Part shown: positions 42,086 through 52,697 of the stretch, piece by piece | Layout of the letters: each line of letters begins with the position of its first letter | Numbering within the stretch: position 1 is the first letter of the stretch | Assembly (NCBI GenBank): GCA_963695855.1 | Contig: CAVOHZ010000003.1 | Coordinates: 128,001-192,000 of the forward strand | From: an uncultured Nitrososphaerales archaeon | GTDB taxonomy: Archaea > Thermoproteota > Nitrososphaeria > Nitrososphaerales > Nitrososphaeraceae | Length of the DNA: 64,000 nt | Direction: 5' to 3' | Position numbers and translations under genes: made by a program | Notes under the pieces: generated by a model | The model's database searches: none | The model's input: the letters and a program-made list of their open reading frames with translations, nothing else | What the model was told of the DNA's origin: nothing

Positions 42086-42619
42086 TCTTATTCCATGATA
42101 GAATTGATTATGCAAAGTTAAGATATATCTCTAGCACTGTTTTTAATTTATATAACATTTTGTATTTGGTTATCACAACCGGCTTCTAAGAAATACAACA
42201 AATAGAATAATATTTGTTACATAGTTCAATTTTTCATTTTTCATAAAACAATAATGCCGCTATTGATTTAATCTTAGGTATAAATTAATGATACAACTAT
42301 AAAAATCCTCTAGGTGTTGTACTTACTAACATGGGTTGCAATTTCATTTACCAATACAGGTAACGATTTCCAAGCTTCCCAGGAAGTATATAAAAAAGAG
42401 TTATAAACAGAACTCAATTTATTTCAAGAGAAAGAATTGAATGGATATATAGTAACTGATATCTGTAAAGATATGATACGTTTACAGATAGATTAGAAGT
42501 GATAGAACAGGTACCTAAATTATACAATAGATGATCTACTGAAATAGAATTGGGAACCACATAATATACAACCTGTAAAAGTAAAGGACCAGAAACAGAA
42601 TATACTGTTTTCACTGATC

Positions 42620-43260
42620 AAATGATTTGGTTGCAATTGTATAAGATCGGATTAAACTAACACTATATTAAAGATACTGAAAAGACATCGAATAACTTCC
42701 TGGAATGCAAGATCAGCAACAGAAAATCAAAAATTGAGATGTAGAAACCGATTCAGATAATACGCATAAATATTTTAGGTCCGTTTAACATGACAATTTT
42801 GCTCAAAAAACTATTTTATTAGTTGGAAGGATGACTCTTCAAGAAAGATAGCAAGTGTGGGCTATGAGAAAGAAGAGAGTAGATGTTTCAAATGTAATCG
42901 AAGACTACATTGTAAAAAATGATAAACCTGAAAAGATAACACATATAACGGTAAACAGTTTACATTCGAAAAATTCAGGCTTTTTCTGCAAAAGAAATTA
43001 TAAAGGATAAATTAATTCCAAAAGGCTCTCCGCAAATATATGGAAAGATAGAAGCATCCAACAAGATAGTTAAAAACGTATTTTTCGCAGTAAAAAATAT
43101 TCTCAATAGGAAAGAAGGAAATAAAATCTGTTTCATGTTGTTATCAATGGTCACATACCATTTGAAATGTTTCTTATGAAAGAAAGATTAAATAATTCCA
43201 ATGATAGCAAGGAAGTTAAGCAGATAAAAAGTGTCACTCATGTAGATAAGTGAATCTTTT
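42620..43260 (+). mobile_element. decayed integrase-core (IS481/IS3-like) transposase relic
   Basis: Fragments NGKQFT, SPQIYGKIEASNKIVKN, VINGHIPFEMF in broken frames; AAAAGTGTCACTCATGT near 43227 resembles an IS481-type end; boundaries approximate. Confidence 0.6.
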
Positions 43261-43925
43261 ACCTGCCTATGGAAGTACAACATTTAGACAAAGGGCTATT
43301 TAATCTGGAATTTATCAAACATAGAAATTTACACAATCAATTTTATTACTTTATATCCTAATAAACTAGGACAAATCTCTGGATGACTTGTTCATTCTTA
43401 TATTGTCTAGAAAACAATTACGAAATTTTTGTAATTTACGAAATTTAAACTAACAACAAAGGCTAGAAGTATCATCAATCTCGGTTTAGCAGCCATTACT
43501 GCAAAAAACATAAAAAATAAATCGAGAATTTTGAGAATTAGAAAAACAGAATAAGAAAAATTCTAGAAATGGTTGATTAAATTGTTCTAATATTAAAGTA
43601 ATAATACTGAAAACAAACAAGGATGGATGTCATTAAATAATGCTTTAAAAGACTATATTCTTAATTCTCAAAAAATTAGCCAATAAATATCGAAATATTA
43701 GCCATAGGTATGCAACACAAATAACTACATTAAGCCAAACAATATCATAATAAAAATAACAAGGAAAAAAAGAGGAAAAATCTTATATTTACTTTTATAA
43801 GTATTTATATCTACTAACAGATTTATAAAAAAATCGAGAGAATTATCTTCGTAAATGACGTTCATTTTAATATGAATAGAATATATATTACAAAAATTAA
43901 AATTTTCTTGAACGCTTCTGAGTTT

Positions 43926-44000
43926 GCCGGAGTGGCTCAGCTTGGTTAGAGCGTTCGACTCATAATCGAAAGGTCACGGGCTCGAATCCCGTCTCCGGCA
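43926..44000 (+). tRNA. tRNA-Met(CAT), probably elongator, intron-less
   Basis: GCCGGAG/CTCCGGC acceptor stem, TTCGA-CTCATAA-TCGAA anticodon arm, T loop CTCGAAT, followed by T8. Confidence 0.93.
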
Positions 44001-44217
44001 TTTTTTTTAAAAAATGATATAATTTAAAAATCTCTTAATAAAGACTAAAGAATTATAAATTTCTAATAAAGAAATAAAGATAAAGTGAAATATAACACTA
44101 ATTGCAAAAGGGCAATAGGGCTGAACTCGCGTTTATTGATTCTTTCTTTGAAACTACTACAAATTTAAATCACTATTAACTATTTATTATTTATCAATAT
44201 CACCAAATAGAGAATAC

Positions 44218-44895
44218 ATGAGTGAAACAGCCAATCTTAGAACAAGTAAATTTTTGATTGTACTTATCTCTTTTATAGGCTTGACTTTTTTTGTTCATGA
44301 TGGAATAACTAATAACGTTGATAATTTAATAACCAAGATTTTTTACAATATTGGGGGACTCCATAATACCATTGATGTAATTGTAATCATCATCTCATCC
44401 CTTGGAGACCTTTTTGTAATGGTAATAGTAGGATTAATTTTAACAATAATTAGAAGAACAAGGAGAATCGGACTGCTTGTATTGATTTCAATTGTTATCC
44501 TTTCAGTTTCAACGATGTATATTAAACCGCTTGTAGGGAGATCTGCACCATTGGAACAATACGTACCTAAATTTCATGTTCCTGATAAATATACTATCGA
44601 AAAAGACAGCATGATGCCAATTTCTAGAGACCTTTCATTTCCGTCTAATCACGCAGCTCGTGCGACTGCCTTCATTTTAATATTAGGTTTCTGGTTCAAT
44701 GTTCAAGGAAAGAGGAGTATAGTTGGAAGAATATTATGGATATTTCCTCTAGCGATAGGATTCACGAGATTATACCTGCTTCAAAACTATTTGTTTGATA
44801 TAGTCGGGGGTTCGCTTTATGGGATTATAGTTGGGTTAGTATTGTGTAGATTAATAAAGGTAAACAGAATGTCAGAGATGAATAAATTTAATTAG
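44218..44895 (+). CDS. PAP2-family membrane phosphatase
   Basis: KPLVGRSAP, SFPSNH, TRLYL..NY..DIVGG (the His of motif 3 appears replaced). Confidence 0.85.
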   Translation: MSETANLRTSKFLIVLISFIGLTFFVHDGITNNVDNLITKIFYNIGGLHNTIDVIVIIISSLGDLFVMVIVGLILTIIRRTRRIGLLVLISIVILSVSTMYIKPLVGRSAPLEQYVPKFHVPDKYTIEKDSMMPISRDLSFPSNHAARATAFILILGFWFNVQGKRSIVGRILWIFPLAIGFTRLYLLQNYLFDIVGGSLYGIIVGLVLCRLIKVNRMSEMNKFN

Positions 44896-44943
44896 AATTT
44901 TTTTATCTCGTTTTTTATTACACTCATTCTTCCATGAATTTAT

Positions 44944-45279
44944 TCAGAATTCATGTGTTTCGTATATTTCAGAATTCAATAATAACCATCCATAATGTTG
45001 TGGGTCGTGGATATATTTTATATCTCTTATTTTTACCTTAATCTTTCTTTTTCTCAATTCACCCAAAAAATATAATTGAATGTTCAATCCGATCTTTTTT
45101 GCATACCTATTATTTATTTCATTACGAGGGATGAGGATTCTATAACTGAATTTATGTTCTTTTGCTAATAAAATATAATCTTCTATCATGCTTTCAGTGA
45201 ATTTATTTATATCTGCTTCATGAGACATTTCTACTGTTTTATAAACAGGGAAATTTCTAAAGAAGGAAGAGTCATTCAT
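44944..45279 (-). CDS. hypothetical protein
   Basis: 111-aa ORF downstream of sufU. Confidence 0.65.
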   Translation of the reverse strand: MNDSSFFRNFPVYKTVEMSHEADINKFTESMIEDYILLAKEHKFSYRILIPRNEINNRYAKKIGLNIQLYFLGELRKRKIKVKIRDIKYIHDPQHYGWLLLNSEIYETHEF

Positions 45280-45327
45280 AGATCGAAAATAGATATCATT
45301 TTTGTTTGATATATTTTTATTTAGAAA

Positions 45328-45753
45328 TTAAAGATCCGAATCTTTCTCCAATTTTTGAGCTGTATTTGGTTCTTTGTCCTCATAGTATTTAACCATACCC
45401 ATCTTTAGAACCTTTAATGACAATAACGCACATTTTATTCTAGCTGGACCCAAATTTGTTAGACCAATATTTTCTAAAATATCATCTTTCGATATATCTT
45501 TCGCATTAGTTAAAGGTTTGTTAATAATCATTTCAGTCAGCATAGAAGCACTTGCTTGGCTAATTGCACACCCTCTCCCATCGAATTTTATATCTTCAAT
45601 ATTTCCATCTTTAACCTTGAGATAAATATCAATTATATCTCCACATAAAGGATTACTGTCGTGGATTACAACGTCAGCATCTTCTAGTTTTCCTTTATTT
45701 CGAGGATTTCTATAATGATCTAATATAATTTCACGATAAATATCGTCACTCAA
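45328..45753 (-). CDS. sufU: SUF/NifU-type Fe-S scaffold (SufU/IscU)
   Basis: ILDHYRNPRN, NPLCGD, GCAISQASAS, RIKCALL. Confidence 0.93.
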   Translation of the reverse strand: MSDDIYREIILDHYRNPRNKGKLEDADVVIHDSNPLCGDIIDIYLKVKDGNIEDIKFDGRGCAISQASASMLTEMIINKPLTNAKDISKDDILENIGLTNLGPARIKCALLSLKVLKMGMVKYYEDKEPNTAQKLEKDSDL

Positions 45754-46991
45754 AGTCGAAACAACTTTATAGCTTTGCCTAACGCATTAATAAATATATT
45801 GATTTCCTCCTGAGTATTATAAATGTAGAAACTGGCTCTTGATGTAGCAGACACATCTAATTTTTCCATCAATATTTGGGCACAATGGTGTCCTGATCTA
45901 ATTGCAATGCCATTATCGTTCAGGATAGTTGCAAGGTCGTGTGGATGAATATCACCCAAATTAAAAGATATAATGCCACCCCTTCTTGAAAGATTATGAT
46001 CACCATATAATTTCATTCCCTTCAAACTTGCCAGACACTCGAGAGCATACTTTGTCAGCTCTAATTCGTGTCTACGGATATTATCCATACCAATCTTGTT
46101 CAAATAATCAAGAGCATGACTAAATCCTATTACATCTGCAATATTTGGGGTACCGCCCTCATATTTATAGGGTAAATCATTATACGTAGTTTCGTATTTA
46201 TGAACTTCCTTAATCATATCTCCACCGCCTATGAAAGGATTCATACACTCAAGAATCTCTTTTTTGGCATAAAGAACACCGACTCCCGTTGGTCCAAGCA
46301 TTTTGTGTCCTGAGAAAGCAAGAAATTCACAATCTAAATCTGTAACATCAGTTCTAATATGAGGAACAGACTGTGCCCCGTCTACAAAAAATGGTATTCC
46401 AAATGAATGCGCATATTTTATCATCGATTCGATCGGTAATATGTTTCCTAACGCATTAGACATATGACTTAAAGAAATCAATTTTACGTTATTCTGTTGA
46501 ATACACGATTCCAGTTTACTTAAATCTAAATTTCCGTTGTTATCTACATTCAAGTATTCGATTTTTGCTTTTTTTTCCTTACACAACATTTGCCATGGAA
46601 CTATATTACTATGATGTTCCAACTCGGATAGAATTATCGTATCACCTTTTCCGATAGCCTTTCTGCCCCAAGAATAAGCAACAAGGTTTATAGCTTCGGT
46701 GGCATTTCTAGTAAAAATTATTTCCTCACGTGAATGTGCGTTAATAAATTTACAAACTTTATCCCTGGTCATCTCATAGGCATCAGTAGCTTCTTCTGCA
46801 ATCTGGTATACTGCCCTATGAATATTAGCATTGTAGCTAGCATAATAATCAGAGATTGCATTGATTACAGAAAAAGGTTTCTGGGTAGTTGCAGCGTTAT
46901 CAAAGTACACTAATGGCTTCCCATTAATGGTACGGGACAGAATAGGAAAGTCTTTTCGAATCTCATTTACTTCTAATTGGGCTGTTTGCAT
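45750..46991 (-). CDS. sufS: cysteine desulfurase (group II)
   Basis: YFDNAATTQKP, EHHSNIVPWQ, SGHKMLGP, RSGHHCA. Confidence 0.96.
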   Translation of the reverse strand: MQTAQLEVNEIRKDFPILSRTINGKPLVYFDNAATTQKPFSVINAISDYYASYNANIHRAVYQIAEEATDAYEMTRDKVCKFINAHSREEIIFTRNATEAINLVAYSWGRKAIGKGDTIILSELEHHSNIVPWQMLCKEKKAKIEYLNVDNNGNLDLSKLESCIQQNNVKLISLSHMSNALGNILPIESMIKYAHSFGIPFFVDGAQSVPHIRTDVTDLDCEFLAFSGHKMLGPTGVGVLYAKKEILECMNPFIGGGDMIKEVHKYETTYNDLPYKYEGGTPNIADVIGFSHALDYLNKIGMDNIRRHELELTKYALECLASLKGMKLYGDHNLSRRGGIISFNLGDIHPHDLATILNDNGIAIRSGHHCAQILMEKLDVSATSRASFYIYNTQEEINIFINALGKAIKLFRL

Positions 46992-47138
46992 AATATATGA
47001 ATATATAATAATTAATAAATATAAATTGATTGAAAAAAATTTTGAAGGAAATCATCTTTGATTTGCTAGAAAAAGTTTCTTAAGTATCAATTAGCAATTC
47101 CTTTCAAGAATTTCAAAGATGCTCCTTAAAATTCATTC

Positions 47139-47585
47139 CTATCGTCTTGCTTTTGTTGACCAAAATGTCCCTCCTGAATGTCTCCAATTTATGTAATCCT
47201 TGATAATTAATTTATGATCAAATGCGAAGTCAATATTATTGATATTATCTAATGGGATCCAGTGTAATTCTTTTGCATCGTCCCCAGCGCTTGGCTCTCC
47301 TCCATGCGTAATGGTAATGAAAACAACAGTCATCATATGTCCTCTTGGATCTCGTGTAGGAGTAGAATAAACTCCAAGAATTTCAATAGGGTGAATTTCT
47401 AGAGATGTTTCTTCGAAAACTTCTCTTATCAACGCTTCTTCTACTGTTTCACCTTCATCAACAAACCCACCAGGAAGGGCAAAAGTATCCTTATAAGGAT
47501 CATTTTTTCTTTTAATCAACAATAAAAAAGATGATTTTTGAATTATGGCATCGACTGTAGGTATAGGATTTCTATATTCTTTCAT
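47139..47585 (-). CDS. NUDIX hydrolase (ADP-ribose pyrophosphatase-like)
   Basis: LPGGFVDEGE...REVFEET, RDPRGH, AFDH. Confidence 0.9.
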   Translation of the reverse strand: MKEYRNPIPTVDAIIQKSSFLLLIKRKNDPYKDTFALPGGFVDEGETVEEALIREVFEETSLEIHPIEILGVYSTPTRDPRGHMMTVVFITITHGGEPSAGDDAKELHWIPLDNINNIDFAFDHKLIIKDYINWRHSGGTFWSTKARR

Positions 47586-47645
47586 ATGACTAAATATTAA
47601 AGATTATTTTAAAAATATTATATATAATAAGTGTGAAAGACCAAT

Positions 47646-47888
47646 ATGCAACTTTTATGGAGAGAAGAATGGCTTAAGCCTTTAATAGATTATGAGATAA
47701 GTTCTGAGGAGTGTAATTTCTGCAAAAAAAAGTTCCTAGATTTTTCTTTTGTAACCTCATGTGAATTCTGTGACATTGGAATAATGCATGATCATTGTGC
47801 GAATTCACATTTAGTGGGTATTCATTACCAGGAGTTGATAAAAAAAACAAAAAGATACAAGGAAAAACAATTACATGATTTCCAATAA
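47646..47888 (+). CDS. small Cys/His-rich hypothetical protein
   Basis: CNFC..CEFC..HDHC..H..H. Confidence 0.7.
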   Translation: MQLLWREEWLKPLIDYEISSEECNFCKKKFLDFSFVTSCEFCDIGIMHDHCANSHLVGIHYQELIKKTKRYKEKQLHDFQ

Positions 47889-47914
47889 TGTATAGTTAAA
47901 TTAGAAATATATTT

Positions 47915-48823
47915 TCATTCCTCATATAGCCAACATTTCACATAACCGTCCTTCCCAATTTTATAATCTGGGGGATTATTCTTACATTTTTTCATTGCAT
48001 GTTCACACTCTGAGTAATACTTACAACCATTGGAATTGATTTTACCATTCAATATAGGTAATTTACGTCCACTTGGATTTACTTTTTTAACTATAAAATC
48101 AACCTTGATATCTGGAATCGATGATATTAAAGATTTAGTGTAAGGGTGTTTTGGATTAAATATTATCTCTTTGGTAGAGTTTATTTCAACGAGTTCGCCT
48201 GCATACATGATTCCTATCTTGTCTACTAATTGAGCAATTAATGGAATATCGTGGGAAATTAATATAATACTTATCTGTTTTTCTTTTTTTAATTTTTTTA
48301 AGAGATTAATAATCTGAGCTTGAATCAACACATCCAATGCAGTAGTTGGTTCATCAGCAATAATTACCTCTGGGTCAAGCAATAAAGCCATGGCAATAAT
48401 TATCCTTTGTTTCATTCCACCACTTAATTCATGAGGATATTTATCAAGTATTGATTTATCCAACTCAAAATCTTCAAAAATTTGCAATACCTTCTCTAAA
48501 TTTTCTTTTTCCCTATGCGCTAAAAATATACCATTTATTTGAGATTTTATTTTATAAACAGGGTCCAATGAATTCATTGCACCTTGAAATATCATAGAAA
48601 TTTTTTTCCACCTTATCTTCAAACTGAAATCCTTATCAGATAATTTAGAGATATCTTCGTCATTAAAAAATATGCTACCTGATTCTATTTTACCGGGGTA
48701 ACCGATATTTTTCAATATTGCTGATGCTAAAGTACTTTTACCGCATCCTGATTCTCCTGCGATTCCAAACGATTCTCCTGCATTGAGACAAAAGGATACG
48801 TTGTCTACTGCTCTAATAGTCAT
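47915..48823 (-). CDS. oligopeptide/dipeptide ABC transporter ATP-binding protein (OppD/DppD-like); real start probably near 48902
   Basis: GESGCGKST, YPHELSGGMKQR, ADEPTTALD, ISHD, PKHPYT, C-terminal Cys cluster. Confidence 0.92.
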   Translation of the reverse strand: MTIRAVDNVSFCLNAGESFGIAGESGCGKSTLASAILKNIGYPGKIESGSIFFNDEDISKLSDKDFSLKIRWKKISMIFQGAMNSLDPVYKIKSQINGIFLAHREKENLEKVLQIFEDFELDKSILDKYPHELSGGMKQRIIIAMALLLDPEVIIADEPTTALDVLIQAQIINLLKKLKKEKQISIILISHDIPLIAQLVDKIGIMYAGELVEINSTKEIIFNPKHPYTKSLISSIPDIKVDFIVKKVNPSGRKLPILNGKINSNGCKYYSECEHAMKKCKNNPPDYKIGKDGYVKCWLYEE

Positions 48824-48979
48824 ATTATGTAGATAATATGAAACACTTAAATCCTTAACAACTAATCGCTTTCCGGAAGGCAGTTTATTATTTTTATCCC
48901 AAGAGATATTTTAATTTTTTTCAGAAATTTATTCTAGATATATATACTGGATAAAAAAAGAATTAAATATAAAGAAAAA

Positions 48980-49489
48980 TTGAAAACTCCTATTTGTTCT
49001 TTTGATGCTAAAACTGGTATATTGTGTTCAAAATGTGAATCGAAATTAAAATCAGGTCATCTTACAGAAGGCGATGTAGAAGCATCGATAAAATTAACGA
49101 AGTTAGCAGAAAAAAATAATACAATCGATAAATTCACGTTATCTGGAGCGTATAAGCTTGAGGAAGATTTGATAATGGTTCTTCCCAGTTCAGATATCAG
49201 TATCATCAGATCTGATGAAAATATAATGAATAAAATTAAAGAAGAATTTAAAGGAAATATGTGGATTATTGAGACAGGGGCGACTGAAAAGAGATTCATT
49301 GAGAATTTAGTATATCCTGTCAAAATAGATTCTATAAATCTAGTATGGTTACCAGATGGTAACAAACTTACAAAGATAGTGATATCGGAAAAAAAGAATA
49401 AAAATAGAATTGCAGAAGAAGTCAAGATAAAAAGAATCGCCAGCAAGATAAAGAATATTGAGCTATTAATAGAATATGTCAAGAAATAA
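48980..49489 (+). CDS. archaeal NusA-like (NusA2-type) protein
   Basis: MKTPICSFDAKTGILCSKC N-terminus and VWLPDG motif. Confidence 0.75.
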   Translation: MKTPICSFDAKTGILCSKCESKLKSGHLTEGDVEASIKLTKLAEKNNTIDKFTLSGAYKLEEDLIMVLPSSDISIIRSDENIMNKIKEEFKGNMWIIETGATEKRFIENLVYPVKIDSINLVWLPDGNKLTKIVISEKKNKNRIAEEVKIKRIASKIKNIELLIEYVKK

Positions 49490-49540
49490 ATTTTACTACA
49501 AGCAAAAAATGAAATAAACCATAAAAACTATTATAAAATA

Positions 49541-50833
49541 TTGAAAAAAAGAAATAAAAGAACTCATTATTCTAATCAGCTAAATGAAAAGATGTTTGGT
49601 AATATGGTGAATGTCGGAGGATGGATTGAGGACTTTCGAGATATAGGAAAAATAATTTTTTTAATAATTAGAGACATTACTGGACCGATTCAAATTGTTG
49701 TAAATTCTGATGATTTTCCAGAAATAAAAGAAATTCCTAGACAAAGTTCGGTACTTATTTCAGGAACAGTACAGAAGAGCAGGGCAAGGGAAATTAAAGT
49801 CGAAATAAAGCTCGATAAGATAATAAATATATCATATGCCCAACACCCACTTCCAATAGATCCGACAGGAAGACTAGAATCGGCTATTGATAAGAGACTG
49901 GATTCGAGAGCACTGGATTTGCGAAATATGAATGTTTCAAGGCTTTTCATTATTAGGTCAATTGCTCTAGAGATCATAAGAAAGACCTTAAGAAAAAAAG
50001 GCTTTATAGAGGTAAACACTCCAAAAATTATAGGAAGTGCAAGTGAAGGAGGAGCTAATTTATTCTCTTTTGATTATTTTAAGAAAAAAGCTTATCTCGC
50101 CCAGAGTCCTCAATTATATAAGGAACAATTAATTCTTGCCTTGGATTGTGTCTTCGAAATAGCTCCATATTTTCGAGCTGAAAATTCTAATACTGTTAGG
50201 CATCTAACCGAATTTCAAAGTGTGGATATTGAAGCAGCATTTGTTGACTACCATGATATTATGGAAATAATGGAAGAAACAATAAAAAATGTCATCAGCA
50301 AAATGAGCAAATATTATTTAATTAATTTAGAGGATAATGAAAAGATAAAAACTGCATTAGAGTCGAAATTTGAAATTTTGTCTTACAAAGAATGTGTTGC
50401 AGAACTAAGGAAGATTGGAGAGGAAATAGAATATGGAGATGACCTTTTAGATACATCATTAAGAAAATTAGGTCAACTACATCCAGGATTTTACTTCATA
50501 ACTGATTGGCCTTTGAAACTGAAACCATTTTATATTCATGAAAATGAGGACGATCCTTTTCTTTCATACTCCTTTGATTTGCAGATTGGATATTTGGAAT
50601 TGATTTCGGGTGGAACACGACAACATAATCCAGATAAAATCAAAAAGAGATTGATTGAACAAGGCCTCAATCCAGATAATTTTTCCGAACATTTGAAAAC
50701 CTTTCATTGGGGAATGCCTCCTCATTCTGGATGCGGGTTGGGTCTAGATAGGCTTATGATGGCAATTACGAATTCTACTAATGTACGAGAAGTAGTACTT
50801 TATCCAAGGGATCCGGACAGACTTAATCCTTAA
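49541..50833 (+). CDS. aspS: aspartate--tRNA ligase (archaeal, probably non-discriminating)
   Basis: RLDSRALDLR, EGGANLF, YLAQSPQLYK, FRAENS..RHLTE, GMPPHSGCGLGLDR. Confidence 0.95.
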   Translation: MKKRNKRTHYSNQLNEKMFGNMVNVGGWIEDFRDIGKIIFLIIRDITGPIQIVVNSDDFPEIKEIPRQSSVLISGTVQKSRAREIKVEIKLDKIINISYAQHPLPIDPTGRLESAIDKRLDSRALDLRNMNVSRLFIIRSIALEIIRKTLRKKGFIEVNTPKIIGSASEGGANLFSFDYFKKKAYLAQSPQLYKEQLILALDCVFEIAPYFRAENSNTVRHLTEFQSVDIEAAFVDYHDIMEIMEETIKNVISKMSKYYLINLEDNEKIKTALESKFEILSYKECVAELRKIGEEIEYGDDLLDTSLRKLGQLHPGFYFITDWPLKLKPFYIHENEDDPFLSYSFDLQIGYLELISGGTRQHNPDKIKKRLIEQGLNPDNFSEHLKTFHWGMPPHSGCGLGLDRLMMAITNSTNVREVVLYPRDPDRLNP

Positions 50834-51245
50834 TTCTATTAATGAGTACTTCAATAATTTTTTTTTCTTCACTTAGCAAGAAAGCTTTAAATGAAAATTC
50901 CGTTATTGAATAAATTAGCCAAATAACTGGATTTATTTCCATATATCTTTGGTCACTTGCAGACGGATAAGGTATTGATGGATGAGAATGAAATATTGAT
51001 ATAACATCCAAATTCATTGACTTGGATTTTTCATAAAAGGTTATCAAATCTTTTGGATCTACTTCGAAAAATGTAGAAGATTTTGAGAAATTATTCGTTA
51101 TTATGATATTTTTTACAGAATAATTAGTTAAAGAATTTTTCTTGCCTAAAAGTAAAGCACACGATTCTAGTGGAATTGAATCTTTTGCCAACTTTTCTAA
51201 ATGATTTAAATTATAATCACTTATAGAAAGAATTATTGAGTCCAT
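50823..51245 (-). CDS. JAMM/MPN+ (M67) metallo-isopeptidase
   Basis: ESCALL, FHSHP...PSASD. Confidence 0.9.
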   Translation of the reverse strand: MDSIILSISDYNLNHLEKLAKDSIPLESCALLLGKKNSLTNYSVKNIIITNNFSKSSTFFEVDPKDLITFYEKSKSMNLDVISIFHSHPSIPYPSASDQRYMEINPVIWLIYSITEFSFKAFLLSEEKKIIEVLINRIKD

Positions 51246-51566
51246 AATGACAATTTAAATAAAACAAAATAAATTTTTTTGTTAAATAAATAGGAATATT
51301 CAGAAGAATTTACTTATCATTTTTTTCGTCAACTCAAATTTTTATTTAAAAAAACATATAGAGCGATATTCTGTAATGAACGGGGATTCTAGATATCCTT
51401 AGAGACATCAGTTTCACAATACTTGTTGTCATAGCTATATGTTTTTACTCTCTATGTAAGTATGTAATTTCCTATGACAAGTACAAACTAGACTATATAT
51501 CATACAATTTAAATATGTGACTGTAACATTTATACCTGAAACCAATTTTCTTGATCTCATAGATTA

Positions 51567-52599
51567 GATCTATTGCATAATTAGAAAGCTTACAGCTATA
51601 TTCCTCATTTCTATACTAATTTCTCATAAATTTGCTCAATTATGATAGTTTATCTAAAAAACCGTTATTGTTTAGATCCTTTACAGGATTGGAATTATCT
51701 GAGTTTGATTCTATTTGTAAGCAAGTAGAATCAAAATATCCAAAATATGAGATAAAACGTCTATCAAAAAGAAAGAGAAAAAGAAATTTAGGAGCTGGAA
51801 GACATTTCAAACATACAACAAGAGATAGATTTGTTATGCTTCTTGTGTACTATAAACTATACATAACCAATGCATTAACAGGATTTTTGTTTGATCTGGA
51901 TCAGAGCAATGTACATAGAGATGTAAGATATATGGAACCTATAGTAAAAAGTTGTATTCCACTACCTCAAAAAATATACAACGTAACAAGAAGATTAAGA
52001 ACAGTAGATGAAGTAGAACTGTATTTTCCAGGATTTAAAGCATTTATAGATTCAACAGAACAGGAAATTCCAGTACCTACAGACAAAACAAGAAGAAAAG
52101 AGTACTATTCTGGAAAAAAGAAAAAACATACTGTAAAGACACAGTATATGGTAAACAAAAAAGGAGAAATATTACATAAATCAAACCATGAAGAAGGAAG
52201 AGAGCATGACTATACAGTATACAAAGATGTTCATCCGACAACACCAAAAGATGTAAAAAACTATTTTGATCTTGGTTATATTGGAGTAGAAAAAGATTTT
52301 CCAGATATCAAAGCAGTATTACCTGTAAAGAAGAAACGTAATATTGACCTTACAGAAAAAGAGAAAATGTACAACAAAAGACATCGTAGACAGAGAGTAA
52401 TAGTAGAACATACTATATGTAGAATAAAGAAATTTAGTATTATGGGAAACAAATACAGAAACAGATTGAAAAGATACGATACAATGTCAGATATTGTTTC
52501 TGGTTTAGTAAATTATCGAATAATACACAACAGAAGATGATAGCAATATAAGGCATCATCAAGATATATAATAGATTTTATCTAATTACGCAAACGATC
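51567..52599 (+). mobile_element. IS5-family element (ISL2-group-like), apparently intact
   Basis: TAGATCTATTGCATAATTAGA (51565) vs reverse complement TAGATCGTTTGCGTAATTAGA (52601), 18/21 match including the flanking TA; single transposase ORF. Confidence 0.9.
51632..52540 (+). CDS. DDE transposase (HTH_Tnp_4 + DDE_Tnp_4 type)
   Basis: FRSFTGL, IDSTEQ, YSGKKKKHTVK, HD, DLGY.G, RVIVEHTI..IK. Confidence 0.92.
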   Translation: MLNYDSLSKKPLLFRSFTGLELSEFDSICKQVESKYPKYEIKRLSKRKRKRNLGAGRHFKHTTRDRFVMLLVYYKLYITNALTGFLFDLDQSNVHRDVRYMEPIVKSCIPLPQKIYNVTRRLRTVDEVELYFPGFKAFIDSTEQEIPVPTDKTRRKEYYSGKKKKHTVKTQYMVNKKGEILHKSNHEEGREHDYTVYKDVHPTTPKDVKNYFDLGYIGVEKDFPDIKAVLPVKKKRNIDLTEKEKMYNKRHRRQRVIVEHTICRIKKFSIMGNKYRNRLKRYDTMSDIVSGLVNYRIIHNRR

Positions 52600-52697
52600 T
52601 ATTGTATATTTTTGTATTATACTCTGTTAGCACAATTTTAATATAATAAAATATGTCTTATCTATGTTCAATACCTCGCTTCACCTTAAGAAATTAA

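Noticed and set aside
42414-42614. 66-aa minus-strand ORF
   Set aside because: Lies in a decayed region whose coding-like bias is on the plus strand
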